This document shows positions 49,680-59,688 of a DNA stretch of 64,000 nucleotides, piece after piece. Source of the DNA: Alphaproteobacteria bacterium (lineage in GTDB: Bacteria > Pseudomonadota > Alphaproteobacteria > GCA-2731375); NCBI GenBank assembly GCA_040223615.1, contig JAVKFY010000027.1:1220-65219 (forward strand), read 5' to 3'. The notes beneath the pieces were generated by a model, which was not told the DNA's origin, did no database searches, and saw only the letters and a program-made list of their open reading frames with translations. How positions within the stretch are numbered: the first letter of the stretch is position 1; every line of letters starts with the position of its first letter. The position numbers and the translations under genes are program-made.

Positions 49680-50192
49680 TCAACCTCGCCGCCGGTACAG
49701 CACGTGCGGCAGGTCAGCGTAGGTGATGTCGCGCTCGTAGGTGAAACCGCAGGCCTGCATGACCTTCTGCGAGCCGGTGTTGCGGGGGAGCGTCCAGGCG
49801 GCGATCTCGCGGACGCCAAGCCGGGTCTCGCCGTCGGCGATCAGGGCGCCGGCCATCTCGGTGGCGTGGCCCTGGCGATGGAAGGCAGGCGCCACGCCGT
49901 AGAGCAGTTCGACCACCGGTTCGCCCTCCAAGAGGGTTAGCCGCAGGCCGCAATAGCCGACCAGCGCGCCGGCCTGATCGCGGAACACATAGCTGCCGAA
50001 ACCGTAGAGCGTCCAGTGCGCCCACGCGCGCTCCAGGAACAAGCCGATGCGTTGCTCCGGCCACGGTGCGCCGTCGGCCGACATGGTGGCGGCGAAGTCG
50101 GGATGCTGGAACATCGCCCGCAGGTCCGGCAGGTCGGAGTCGGCCGGCGGCTCGCCGACCAGCCGGGCGGTTCGCAGGGGTGCCTGATCCAT
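49680..50192 (-). CDS. GNAT family N-acetyltransferase
   Basis: …YCGLR…QGHATEMAGALIAD… acetyl-CoA binding pattern. Confidence 0.75.
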   Translation of the reverse strand: MDQAPLRTARLVGEPPADSDLPDLRAMFQHPDFAATMSADGAPWPEQRIGLFLERAWAHWTLYGFGSYVFRDQAGALVGYCGLRLTLLEGEPVVELLYGVAPAFHRQGHATEMAGALIADGETRLGVREIAAWTLPRNTGSQKVMQACGFTYERDITYADLPHVLYRRRG

Positions 50193-50272
50193 CGTCGCTC
50201 TCCGGGCACTTCGCCAAACGGCAACGGGCCCCGCCCTTGCGAGCGAGGCCCGTCGGACTTGCCGAGCGGCGT

Positions 50273-51640
50273 CTAGATCTTGTCGACCGCCGCCTTGAAG
50301 TTCTGCAAGGCCGAGCGATACGCCGCCGGCCGGTACGATTCGTCGTTCTCCACCGCCTTGAAGGCGGCATCGAGCGAGGCGTTCAGCTCGTTGAACTGGG
50401 CCTCGCCGAGTCCGCCGATCTTGCGCCAGGTGGCGAGCAGCGAGCCCACCGCCATGGTCGCCTGCTCGGCGGCGGCGTAGTCGACATACTCGCCGGACAG
50501 ACCGTTCTGCACCACGCCGTCCAACAGCTTCTTGACGTCGTCGCCGGAGAAGCTGCGGCCGGCGAAAGTGCCCGCCAGCGCATCGGCGGTCGCCTTCACC
50601 GCCTTGGCGGCGCTGACCGTCGCCTCAGGCCCGGTGACCGACGCCTGGTGCAGGGCCAGGGTCTGCTCACGCAGCTTCTTGCCCTGATCCGGCGCCACCG
50701 CGTCGGCGATGATGCGCAGCATCAGCAGGTTGGAGTCGTTGATCCGCGGAATGCCCGGCTGCAGCCCGGTCGAAGCACGCGGCTCCCACCGCAGGTTGCT
50801 CATCGGGTGGTGACAGGCGTGGCAGTCGAACAGCACCAGCTCCGGGAAAATACCGTCGCGGCCCATCTTCGGATCGGCCATCGCCTCCATCAGCTCGGAG
50901 ACCTGGATCGCCTGACCGATGGCCCAGGTCTGCACGCCGCTGGCGACCTGCTTGCGCTTGACGTAGTCCTCGTCGACTTCGTAGTGCGCCGGCTGGATCG
51001 CGGTGAAGGTGTCGAGCTCGAAGCTGACCCGCGGATGGCCGGCGCCCATGATCCGGTGCGTCAGCCACTTGCGCTGCTCGCCGAAGTGGCAGGACAGGCA
51101 GAGCTTGGCCCGCGCCACCGGATCCTCGGTCGGATAGAGGCCGTTCTCGACGTTCTGAGCATGGTCGGCCAGGCCCGAGACGTGGATACCGAGCCAGCGC
51201 ACGGCACCGCCGTGGCAGGCTTCGCAGCCGACGCCGTCGGAAATCTGGAACTGCGTGCCCCGCTGCGCCGTCGGATTGTCGGCATGACAATCCAGGCACA
51301 TCTTGGCGGTATGCGCCGCCTCCAGGCCCAGATTGCGCGCGATGCGCTTTGACCTGTCGTTCAACAGCACCTTGTAGGCATTGGCGTGCTTATCCTGCCG
51401 CTGCCAGGTGATGTACTCGGTCTGCAGCACGGTGGCCTTCGCCGCCGGCTGTACCGCGCCGTGACAGGTACTGCCGGCGCAGGACGCGACACCAACGTGT
51501 GCGTCCTCCGCGAAATTCGGCAGTTCCTGCGCCTGCGCGGCGGAAATCGTCAGGGCGCCGGCCACCATCGCACCAACCAAGGTGCAGATAGCGACTGCGA
51601 CGCCACGAGCTCTGCGGCCCGCTAGCCCGCTCCAGAGCAT
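50273..51640 (-). CDS. Secreted multihaem c-type cytochrome (5 CxxCH)
   Basis: Signal peptide plus CAGSTCHG, CLDCHAD, CEACHGG, CLSCHFG, CHACHHP. Confidence 0.75.
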   Translation of the reverse strand: MLWSGLAGRRARGVAVAICTLVGAMVAGALTISAAQAQELPNFAEDAHVGVASCAGSTCHGAVQPAAKATVLQTEYITWQRQDKHANAYKVLLNDRSKRIARNLGLEAAHTAKMCLDCHADNPTAQRGTQFQISDGVGCEACHGGAVRWLGIHVSGLADHAQNVENGLYPTEDPVARAKLCLSCHFGEQRKWLTHRIMGAGHPRVSFELDTFTAIQPAHYEVDEDYVKRKQVASGVQTWAIGQAIQVSELMEAMADPKMGRDGIFPELVLFDCHACHHPMSNLRWEPRASTGLQPGIPRINDSNLLMLRIIADAVAPDQGKKLREQTLALHQASVTGPEATVSAAKAVKATADALAGTFAGRSFSGDDVKKLLDGVVQNGLSGEYVDYAAAEQATMAVGSLLATWRKIGGLGEAQFNELNASLDAAFKAVENDESYRPAAYRSALQNFKAAVDKI

Positions 51641-51738
51641 CGACTTGTCCCTCCCCGTTGCCGTGACCTGTCGGATGTCTGGGTCGAATTATGGGCGGCA
51701 GTGCCGGGTGTGGCAAACGCTTTGGCGGAAAAGTCGTG

Positions 51739-52161
51739 TTATTGCGCTGGTTTGTCGTCCGCCGGTTGCTCATGAGCCCGGCTTTCGCGGGCCTTTTCCT
51801 CAAGCTGCAACAGGGCGCCGCGCACTTCCGGATCACTTGGCAACAATTGCGCGGCACGGCTGTAGGCGGTAACCGCGTCGCCGAAACGGCCGAGCGACAT
51901 CATCGAGCGGCCCAGCATCTTCCAGCCCTCGCCGTCGTCCGGATCGGCGACCAGGCGCTCGCGCAGCGCCTCCACGCGGGCCACAATCGTCGCCTGGTCG
52001 GGCCGTTGACCGGTCGTGGACGGTGCACCCGGTGACATCGGCGGCGCCCCGGGCGCCATCATCGCCGGCGCCTCGGGCCGGGTCAGCAGCGCCGCGAAGG
52101 CCAGCGAGCCGGTGACCGACACCACGGCCAGCAGTGCGATCAGGAAATGTATCGGGTTCAT
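51739..52161 (-). CDS. Membrane-anchored TPR-like protein
   Basis: N-terminal TM helix, Pro/Ala-rich linker, then a TPR-like helical pair (…GWKMLGRSMMSLGRFGDAVTAYSRAAQLLP…). Confidence 0.45.
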   Translation of the reverse strand: MNPIHFLIALLAVVSVTGSLAFAALLTRPEAPAMMAPGAPPMSPGAPSTTGQRPDQATIVARVEALRERLVADPDDGEGWKMLGRSMMSLGRFGDAVTAYSRAAQLLPSDPEVRGALLQLEEKARESRAHEQPADDKPAQ

Positions 52162-52243
52162 CTGCTATACGCTTGCCATCGGCCAGGATTCGCGGCGCGC
52201 ACTATCGGAAACGCTGGATGGCGGGGCAAGGCTTGCGGACATC

Positions 52244-53005
52244 GTGACCACACCGGAGTGGCTGTACTGGACCGCCGGCGCGGTGCCGGCGCTGCTGCTG
52301 GCGCCGGCTTCGGGCAGCTTCGGCGGGCTGCTGGCGATGCGACTGCCGGCCGGGCGGCCGGTCGGCATGGTGCGTTCCGAGTGCCCGATCTGCGGCACCA
52401 CGCTGGATGCCATCGACCTGACCCCGATTCTGACCTGGGTGGCCACGCGCGGCCGCTGCCGGCACTGCGCGGCGCCGATTCCGCCGGTCTATCCGCTGAT
52501 CGAGGTCGCGGCGCTGGTACTGACGGCCTGGGCGATCTGGGTGCTGCCGCACCGGCTGGAGCTGCTGTGGGCGAGCTGCGTGCTGGGCTGGGTGCTGCTG
52601 GCGCTGAGCCTGGCCGACTGGGAGGCGAGAATCCTGCCCGACGGCCTGACCTGGCCGCTGGCGGCGGCCGGCTTCGGCTATGCGGTCTACGACGGGCGCT
52701 GGCTCGATTCGGCGATCGGCGCGGTGGTCGGGGCCGGCGCCTTCTGGGCATTGCGCTGGGCCTACCTGCGATTTCGCGGCCAGGACGGGCTGGGCGGCGG
52801 CGATGTGAAGCTGGCGCTGGCGGCCGGCGCCTGGGTCGGCTGGGCCGCCCTGCCCTCGGTGGTGCTGGTGGCCGCGGTGGCGGCGCTCGTCGTGGCCGTG
52901 CCGGGCCGCCTGATGGGACGGCTGGCCAAGGCGGAGGAAATTCCCTTCGGGCCGTTCCTGGCCGCCGGTTTGTGGCTGGTTTGGCTCTACGGGCCAGTGC
53001 TTTAG
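52244..53005 (+). CDS. gspO: Prepilin (type IV leader) peptidase, A24 family
   Basis: Zn-finger CPICG…CRHC between TM1 and TM2. Conserved Asp-containing TM segments. GTG start in frame with the longer ORF call. Confidence 0.8.
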   Translation: MTTPEWLYWTAGAVPALLLAPASGSFGGLLAMRLPAGRPVGMVRSECPICGTTLDAIDLTPILTWVATRGRCRHCAAPIPPVYPLIEVAALVLTAWAIWVLPHRLELLWASCVLGWVLLALSLADWEARILPDGLTWPLAAAGFGYAVYDGRWLDSAIGAVVGAGAFWALRWAYLRFRGQDGLGGGDVKLALAAGAWVGWAALPSVVLVAAVAALVVAVPGRLMGRLAKAEEIPFGPFLAAGLWLVWLYGPVL

Positions 53006-53022
53006 CGTTATGATCTCGGCCA

Positions 53023-54651
53023 ATGGCTGATCTCGGCGACATCCTGATCGAACGCGGCCAGCTCGACCGGCGCGGGCTGGAGCGCGCGCGCGACCTGAGC
53101 CGCGCCAGCGGCCAGCGCCTCGACCAGGTGCTGAGCCGGATGGCGATGGTCGCCGACGACGAAATGGCCGGCGCGCTGGCCGCCGCGCTCGACCTGCCGC
53201 TGGCCGCGGATTTTCCCGACCGGCCACTGCTGGGCGAACGGGTGACGCCGCAATTCCTGCGCAACGCCCGGGTGCTGCCGCTGGCCGAGCGCGACGACGG
53301 CCTCGATCTGGCCATGGCCGACCCGCAGGACGACTACACGCGCGACGCCATGCGCCTGCTGGTCGGCAAGCCGGTGCGCCCGTTCGTCGCCGCGCCCGCG
53401 ACCATCGCCGCGGCGATCGACCGGCTCTACGGCACCGCGGCCGGACCCAGCCTGTCGCCGGCCGCGACCCAGGTGGCCAGCGCCGACATCGAACGCCTGG
53501 CCGACCACGCCAGCGACGCGCCGGTGATCCGGCTGGTCGACCGGCTGATCGCGGAGGCCCTGGCCGAACGCGCCAGCGACATCCACCTGGAGCCGGCCGC
53601 CGACGGCCTGCGCCTGCGGCTGCGCGTCGACGGCGTGCTGCGGCCGCGCGAGGCGCCGCCGGCCTCGCTGCACCCGGCCCTGGTCAGCCGCATCAAGGTC
53701 ATGGCCGGCCTCGACATCGCCGAGCGCCGGCTGCCGCAAGACGGCCGCACCTCGGCCACCGTGCAGGGCCGCGACATCGACGTGCGCGTCTCCACCCTGC
53801 CCACCGTGCACGGCGAGTCGGTGGTGCTGCGGCTGCTCGACCGGGAACAGGCGCCGCTCGACCTGCACGATCTCGGTTTCGCGGCGGATTTGCGCGATGG
53901 GCTGGACGGCGTGTTGCAGGCGAGCAGCGGCATCGTGCTGGTGACCGGGCCGACCGGGTCGGGCAAGACCACCACGCTCTACGCCGCGCTGAACCGGATC
54001 GACACCGGCGCGGCCAACGTCGTCACCGTCGAGGACCCGGTGGAATACCGCCTGCCGGGCATCAACCAGATCCAGGTGCGCCCGCGCATCGGACTGGACT
54101 TCGCCACCGTCCTGCGCTCGGTGCTGCGGCACGACCCGGACGTGGTGCTGATCGGCGAGATCCGCGACGGCGAGACCGCGCGCATCGCCGTGCAGGCGGC
54201 GCTGACCGGCCACCTCGTGCTCTCCACCCTGCACACCAACGACGCCGCCAGCGCGGTCACCCGCCTGACCGACATGGGTGTGGAGCCCTACCTGATCACG
54301 TCCACGCTGCGAGCCGTCCTGGCGCAACGGCTGGTGCGGCGCCTGTGCGCGAGCTGCGCGAGGCAGGTTCCGGCCGGCGAACTGGGCCAGCCGGGCGACG
54401 GCACGCTGGGCGTCGCGGCGGGCTGCGCGGCGTGCGGCGACGGCTATCGCGGTCGTGCCGCCATCGGCGAACTGCTGACCGTGGACGACGAACTGCGCCG
54501 GCTGGTGCTGACCGGGGCCGACAGCGCCGAACTGCGCCGCCACGCGCTGGGCGCCGGCATGCGCTCGCTGCGCGACGACGGCATGCGCAAGGCATCCGCC
54601 GGCGAGACCAGCCTGGAGGAGGTCTTGCGCGTGACCCAGGCGGGCAGCTGA
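53023..54651 (+). CDS. gspE: Type II secretion ATPase GspE
   Basis: Walker A GPTGSGKTT. Tetracysteine CASC…CAAC zinc motif. Confidence 0.9.
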   Translation: MADLGDILIERGQLDRRGLERARDLSRASGQRLDQVLSRMAMVADDEMAGALAAALDLPLAADFPDRPLLGERVTPQFLRNARVLPLAERDDGLDLAMADPQDDYTRDAMRLLVGKPVRPFVAAPATIAAAIDRLYGTAAGPSLSPAATQVASADIERLADHASDAPVIRLVDRLIAEALAERASDIHLEPAADGLRLRLRVDGVLRPREAPPASLHPALVSRIKVMAGLDIAERRLPQDGRTSATVQGRDIDVRVSTLPTVHGESVVLRLLDREQAPLDLHDLGFAADLRDGLDGVLQASSGIVLVTGPTGSGKTTTLYAALNRIDTGAANVVTVEDPVEYRLPGINQIQVRPRIGLDFATVLRSVLRHDPDVVLIGEIRDGETARIAVQAALTGHLVLSTLHTNDAASAVTRLTDMGVEPYLITSTLRAVLAQRLVRRLCASCARQVPAGELGQPGDGTLGVAAGCAACGDGYRGRAAIGELLTVDDELRRLVLTGADSAELRRHALGAGMRSLRDDGMRKASAGETSLEEVLRVTQAGS

Positions 54652-54653
54652 GC

Positions 54654-55877
54654 ATGCCGGTGTTCGAATACCGCGCGGTGGCGCCGGACGGCGAGGTCAC
54701 CGACGGCGAGATGGAGGCCAGCGACCGCGCCGAGGTGATCCAGCGCCTGCAGGCCAGCGACTACCTGCCGATCCGGGCCGACCCAAAGGGCGCCGCGCCG
54801 GCGCGCGCGAGCGGCCTGTGGGCGATGCTGACGCAGCCCATCGGGCAACGCCACGGGCTGGGCGGCCGGCCGCTGGCCCGGTTCGCGCGCCAGCTCGCCG
54901 GACTGCTGGACGCCGGCCTCACCGTCGAACAGGCGTTGACCGTGCTGCGCGGCGCGGAGGACGCCCGGCTGGCCGCGACCGCCGAACGTCTGCTCGGCCA
55001 GGTGCGCGGCGGGCAGGCGTTGTCGCAGGCCGCCGAACGCGCCGGATTCCCTGCCCTGTTCGTGGCGTTGCTGCGCGCCGGTGAGACCGGCGGCGACCTG
55101 GCTGGCGCAACGGACCGTATCGCGCGCTACCTCGAACGTGCCCGCGCCGCCGTCGAGCAGGTGCAGTCGGCGCTGATCTATCCGGTCATCCTGGTCGTGG
55201 TGGCGGCGCTGTCGGTCGCGGTGCTGATGGTCGCGGTGATCCCCGAGTTCGAGCAGATGTTCCGCCAGGCCGGCCAGGCACTGCCGTGGCCGACCGCGGT
55301 GCTGGTCGCCATCGCCGATGCAGTCGACGCCGCCGGCTGGCTGCTGCCGATCGTGCTGCTGGGCGGCTGGCTGGCCTTGCGCATGGCGCTGACCAAGCCG
55401 GGCCCGCGCCGGTCGTTGCACGCGGCATGGCTGCGGTTGCCGGTGATCGGGCGCCTGGCGCGTTGGATCGCGGCCGAACGATTCGCGCGGGCGCTGGGCG
55501 CTCTGTTGGGCGGCGGGGTGCCGCTGCCGCGCGCGGTCGAGCTGGGAGCCGAGGCCGCCGGAAACCAGGCCGTCGCCGATCACCTGGACAACGCCGCCCG
55601 CGCCCTGCGCCAGGGCGAGACGCTGGCCGACGCGGCCGGTGGCGATCTGCTGCCGCGTTCCATGGTCGACCTGCTGCGTGTCGGCGAGGCCACCGGCCGG
55701 CTCGGCCCGCTGGCGGAACAGGCCGCCGACATGCAGGCAGCCGAGATAGATGCCGCGGTGCGCCGGCTGATCGCCGTGCTGGTGCCGGCGCTGACGCTGG
55801 CGCTGGGTGCACTGGTCGGCGGCATCATCCTGTCGGTCCTGGCCGCCGTCCTCGGCCTGAACGAGCTGGTGCTGTGA
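54654..55877 (+). CDS. gspF: Type II secretion inner-membrane platform protein GspF
   Basis: Duplicated GspF/PilC domains (…LSQAAERAGFPALFVALLRAGE…). Confidence 0.9.
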   Translation: MPVFEYRAVAPDGEVTDGEMEASDRAEVIQRLQASDYLPIRADPKGAAPARASGLWAMLTQPIGQRHGLGGRPLARFARQLAGLLDAGLTVEQALTVLRGAEDARLAATAERLLGQVRGGQALSQAAERAGFPALFVALLRAGETGGDLAGATDRIARYLERARAAVEQVQSALIYPVILVVVAALSVAVLMVAVIPEFEQMFRQAGQALPWPTAVLVAIADAVDAAGWLLPIVLLGGWLALRMALTKPGPRRSLHAAWLRLPVIGRLARWIAAERFARALGALLGGGVPLPRAVELGAEAAGNQAVADHLDNAARALRQGETLADAAGGDLLPRSMVDLLRVGEATGRLGPLAEQAADMQAAEIDAAVRRLIAVLVPALTLALGALVGGIILSVLAAVLGLNELVL

Positions 55878-56299
55878 GAGAAGACAACAGAGACGAGCAG
55901 GGGTTTACGCTGCTGGAGATGCTGGTGGTGCTGGCCCTGCTGGCGCTGGTCGCCGGCTTCGCGGCGCCGCGCGTCATCGGGCTGTTCGCCAAGGCCAAGG
56001 GCGACGTGGCGCTGGTCCAGGTGGAGATGCTGGCCGGCGCGCTGGACCACTACCGGCTCGACGTCGGCACCTACCCCAGCGACGAACAGGGGCTTGCGGC
56101 GCTGGTCGCCAAGCCAGGCGACGCGCCGCGCTGGAACGGCCCCTACCTGCAGGGCAGCGAGGTGCCGATGGACCCCTGGGGCCGGCCATATCGCTACCGC
56201 GTGGTGGACGAGCCCGGCCGCGGCTTCGAGATCGTCTCGCTCGGCGCCGACGGCGCGGAAGGCGGCGATGGCGACGACGCCGACATACGTAGCAAGTAA
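55874..56299 (+). CDS. gspG: Major pseudopilin GspG
   Basis: Prepilin leader …QGFTLLEMLVVLALL. …DPWGRPYRY… G-pseudopilin signature. GTG start overlaps the gspF stop. Confidence 0.85.
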   Translation: MREDNRDEQGFTLLEMLVVLALLALVAGFAAPRVIGLFAKAKGDVALVQVEMLAGALDHYRLDVGTYPSDEQGLAALVAKPGDAPRWNGPYLQGSEVPMDPWGRPYRYRVVDEPGRGFEIVSLGADGAEGGDGDDADIRSK

Positions 56300-56302
56300 G
56301 TG

Positions 56303-56400
56303 TCTCCCGTCATGCCAGCGAAGGCTGGCATCCAGGGGCCATGGGGCGACGTCCTCGCCCGGCGGGACCGCTGCCTGGATTCCTGCCTTCGCCGGCATGA
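56303..56400. repeat. REP-like double palindrome between gspG and gspH
   Basis: cgtcatgccagcgaaggctggcatccagg … cctggattcctgccttcgccggcATGacgg. The last hairpin contains the gspH start codon. Confidence 0.55.
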
Positions 56401-56849
56401 CGGTTTTGGGTTGGTCGCGTCCTGTTGGGCGCTCCCAGGCCGGCTTCACCCTGCTCGAACTGCTCGTCGTCCTGGCGATGCTGGCGCTGGTCTACGCGGT
56501 GGCGATCCCGACGCGGCCGGCGGCGTGGCGCGGCGGCGACGTGGCCGGGGCGGCCCGGACCCTGGCGCAGGACCTGCGCGCCGCCCGCGCCACCGCCATC
56601 GCCCAGCGCCGCGAAGTCGCGGTCGCGGTCGATCCGGTGGCGCTGACATACCGTGTCGACCGCATTGAAACCGCGCTGCCGGCGCGCGACGTGGAAACGC
56701 TGACGGTGTCGCTGGCACCGGGCGAACGGACAGTGAGGTTTTTGCCCGACGGCAGCGCGTCGGGCGCCAGCCTCACCCTGCGCCACGGCGACGCCGCGAC
56801 CACCGTCAACGTCGACTGGCTCACCGGCCGGGTCGAGGTCGCGCGATGA
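56397..56849 (+). CDS. gspH: Minor pseudopilin GspH
   Basis: Leader …QAGFTLLELLVVLAML…. Confidence 0.7.
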   Translation: MTVLGWSRPVGRSQAGFTLLELLVVLAMLALVYAVAIPTRPAAWRGGDVAGAARTLAQDLRAARATAIAQRREVAVAVDPVALTYRVDRIETALPARDVETLTVSLAPGERTVRFLPDGSASGASLTLRHGDAATTVNVDWLTGRVEVAR

Positions 56850-57208
56850 AAGGTGACGCGACAAACCGGGGCTTCACCTTGCTGGAGGTGCTGGTCGCCT
56901 TCGCCATCGCCGCGCTTGGTCTGGGCGTGGCGTTGCAGGCGATGGGCGGCGGGCTGGCCGCCGGGGAGGCCGCCGCGAACCGGGGCGATGCCCTGCTGCT
57001 GGCGCAATCGCGACTGGCCGAGGCCACGGTCCTGCCGCCCGAGGCCCGTACCGGACGCGATGCCGGCCTGGACTGGCGCAGCGCTGCCGAACCGCTGGGC
57101 CCGGCCAGCGACGGCGGCCTGCGGCTCTACCGCTACGAGGCCGTGGTGACCGGCGCCGACGGCGTCGACGTCCGCCTGGTCACCGTGCGGCTGAGGGCCG
57201 AGCCATGA
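56846..57208 (+). CDS. gspI: Minor pseudopilin GspI
   Basis: Leader …NRGFTLLEVLVAFAI… ~120 aa. Confidence 0.7.
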   Translation: MKGDATNRGFTLLEVLVAFAIAALGLGVALQAMGGGLAAGEAAANRGDALLLAQSRLAEATVLPPEARTGRDAGLDWRSAAEPLGPASDGGLRLYRYEAVVTGADGVDVRLVTVRLRAEP

Positions 57209-57759
57209 GTCGCGGATTTACGTTGCTGGAACTGCTCGTCGGCTTGGCGCTGATGGCGTTGCTGGCCGGATTGCTGTTCGGGTCGCTGCGGCTCGGCGCC
57301 GGGACGCTGGCGCGGGTCGACGCCACCGCCGAGGCGCTGGAGGACCGGCGCGTCGTCGCCAGCTTCCTGCGCGGCCGGCTGGCGCAGGCCGAGCCGCTGA
57401 ACGATGCGACCGACACCGGCCACAGCGTCGCCTTCACCGGCGCGCCGGACCGGCTGGAACTGGTCACCGAGATGCCGCCGGCGGCCGGCGGCGGGCGCCA
57501 TCGCGTGGTGCTGGACAACGCGCCCGGCGGCTTGCGTCTGGCCTGGCGGCCGCTGCCGGGCGACGGCGCCGCGCACCAGCGCCTGCTCGACGTCGGCCCC
57601 GCGCGCTTCGCCTATTACGGCCGGCACGCGGGTGAAGCCGACCCGTCCTGGCACGACACCTGGACCGGCGAACTGGCGCTTCCCGAGTTGGTCCGCCTGA
57701 CACTTTCCGGCATGGCGCCGCTGATCGTCGCCCTGCCCCGCGACCTGGCCAGCCGATGA
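57205..57759 (+). CDS. gspJ: Minor pseudopilin GspJ
   Basis: Leader MSRGFTLLELLVGLALMALL. ~184 aa. Confidence 0.7.
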   Translation: MSRGFTLLELLVGLALMALLAGLLFGSLRLGAGTLARVDATAEALEDRRVVASFLRGRLAQAEPLNDATDTGHSVAFTGAPDRLELVTEMPPAAGGGRHRVVLDNAPGGLRLAWRPLPGDGAAHQRLLDVGPARFAYYGRHAGEADPSWHDTWTGELALPELVRLTLSGMAPLIVALPRDLASR

Positions 57760-58658
57760 AACAAAGAGGATTCGCGCTCGTCCTCGTGCTGTGGGCACTG
57801 GTGGCACTGGCGGCAATCGCGGTGACGGCGGGCGCGACCGGACGCACCGAGGCGCGGCTGGCCGCCAACGCCACCGAAGCGGCCCGTGCCGAACAGCTCG
57901 CCGATGCCGGCATCCACTTCGCCCTGAACGATCTGCTGGCGAGCCCGCCGGCGGCAGACGAGGACGGCGTGTTGCGCCTCGACTACGACCTCGATGGTCA
58001 GGCCATCGCGGTCGAGGTCCGCGACGAGACCGGCAAGGTCGACCTCAACCTGGCGCCCGAACCGCTGCTGATCGCGGCGCTGAACGCGGCGGGCATCGAC
58101 GGGCTGGACGCGGAGCGAGCCGCCGCGGCGGTTCTGGACTGGCGCGACCTTGACGACGACCGCCGGCCGCTTGGCGCCGAGGCCTTCGCCTATCGCGCCG
58201 CCGGCCGCGAGGACGGCCCGGCCAACGCCGACTTCACCAGTCTGTCGGAGTTGCGCCGCGTGCTCAGCATCGATGCCGACATGTTCAACCGGCTGGCGCC
58301 GTATGTGACCGCGCACGGCGGCGCCGCGACCCTGGACCCGGCGCGGGCCGACCTGGCGCTGCTGGAACAGGTCAAGGGTCTGGACGGGCTGACACTGGAC
58401 CGCTGGCGTCAGGCGCGCGCGGCCGGCGAGGCGCCGCCGCCCCCGCCGCCGGCACTGGCGCGGCTGTTCGCGCCGAGCCACAAGCTGGCGCACACCATCG
58501 CGGCCACGGTCGAGCTTGCCGGCGGCATCCGGTTCCGGCGCGAGGCGCTGGTCTGGCTGGCGCGGCAGGTCGACCGGCCGTACCTGATCCTGGACTGGCG
58601 AGCGCCCACGATCGGGAGCAGTGGCCCACGCCGGTTGTCGGCCCGGGCGCCCGGGTGA
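57756..58658 (+). CDS. gspK: Minor pseudopilin GspK
   Basis: MKQRGFALVLVLWAL… ~300 aa with GspK-like body. Confidence 0.75.
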   Translation: MKQRGFALVLVLWALVALAAIAVTAGATGRTEARLAANATEAARAEQLADAGIHFALNDLLASPPAADEDGVLRLDYDLDGQAIAVEVRDETGKVDLNLAPEPLLIAALNAAGIDGLDAERAAAAVLDWRDLDDDRRPLGAEAFAYRAAGREDGPANADFTSLSELRRVLSIDADMFNRLAPYVTAHGGAATLDPARADLALLEQVKGLDGLTLDRWRQARAAGEAPPPPPPALARLFAPSHKLAHTIAATVELAGGIRFRREALVWLARQVDRPYLILDWRAPTIGSSGPRRLSARAPG

Positions 58659-58671
58659 TATCGGTCCCCGC

Positions 58672-59688
58672 ATGACCGCCCTCGACACAGCGCCGCCGCG
58701 CGGCGCCGTCACCCGCTTCCTGGACTGGTGGCTGACCACGCTGGCCAGCCTGCTGCCGGCCGGCTGGCGCGGCGGCGGCGACGGCCTGGAAGCGCGCGTG
58801 GATGGCGAGACGCTGGTGCTGGGCCGCCGGCGCGGCGGCAAGTGGCGCGAGCTGCGTCGGCTGGCGCCGGACGACAACACGCTGGCCGCCGATATCGACC
58901 AGCCGGTCACGCTGCGGCTGGCGCGGGCGCAGGCGTTGCGCCAGGAACTGACCCTGCCGCAGGCCGCCGGCAGCGAGCTGGCCGAGGTGATCGGCTTCGA
59001 GATCGACCGCCGCACGCCGTTCCGCGCCGCGCAGGTTTACGCCGACTGGCGCGTGACCGGCCGGGACCGGGCCGCGCGCACCCTCGCGGTGGCGCTGACC
59101 GTGGTGCCGAAGACGGCGGTCGACGGACTGCGTCGGCGTTTGGAGAACGCCGGCGCGCGCGTCGCGCGGGTGGTGCTGGACGACGGCCGCGTGCTGCCGG
59201 TGCCGGGCCTCGCCGTGGCCGAAGGCGGCATGGGCGCGCTCAACGGCGTGCTGCTGGCGGTGCTGGTGCTGGCGGCCGTCGCCGTCCTGTTGGCGCCGTC
59301 GTGGCGCACGTCGCGCGAACTGGCGACCCTGAGGGCCGAGATCGCCACGTTGAAGCCAGAGGTCGAGGCGCGGCTGGGACAGCGGTCGAGCGCCTGGTCG
59401 CAACAGGCCGCCACGCGCGCCGCCCTGCAGGCCAAACTCTCCGCGCCGTCGCCGGTGACGCTGCTGGAGGAGATCACCCGCACCCTGCCCGACGATACCT
59501 GGATCAGCCAGTTCAACCTGGTCGACGGCCGCGTCGAGATCGAGGGCAGCACGGCGTCGGCCGCCGCCTTGGTCGGACTACTGGAGGGCTCGCCGATGAT
59601 CGCGTCGGTCGACTTCCAGGCGCCGGTCACCGCCGACCCGGTGACCAAACGAGAGCACTTCCAGTTTCGCATCGAGCTGGCGAGATGA
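58672..59688 (+). CDS. gspL: GspL-like inner-membrane component
   Basis: Cytoplasmic domain, single TM (LNGVLLAVLVLAAVAVLL) and periplasmic domain. Order after gspK. Confidence 0.6.
   Translation: MTALDTAPPRGAVTRFLDWWLTTLASLLPAGWRGGGDGLEARVDGETLVLGRRRGGKWRELRRLAPDDNTLAADIDQPVTLRLARAQALRQELTLPQAAGSELAEVIGFEIDRRTPFRAAQVYADWRVTGRDRAARTLAVALTVVPKTAVDGLRRRLENAGARVARVVLDDGRVLPVPGLAVAEGGMGALNGVLLAVLVLAAVAVLLAPSWRTSRELATLRAEIATLKPEVEARLGQRSSAWSQQAATRAALQAKLSAPSPVTLLEEITRTLPDDTWISQFNLVDGRVEIEGSTASAAALVGLLEGSPMIASVDFQAPVTADPVTKREHFQFRIELAR

Noticed and set aside
52158-53315. 385-aa minus-strand ORF across gspO/gspE start
   Set aside because: Extreme Arg/Pro/Ala composition. Antisense to the prepilin peptidase with conserved Zn-finger and TM motifs.
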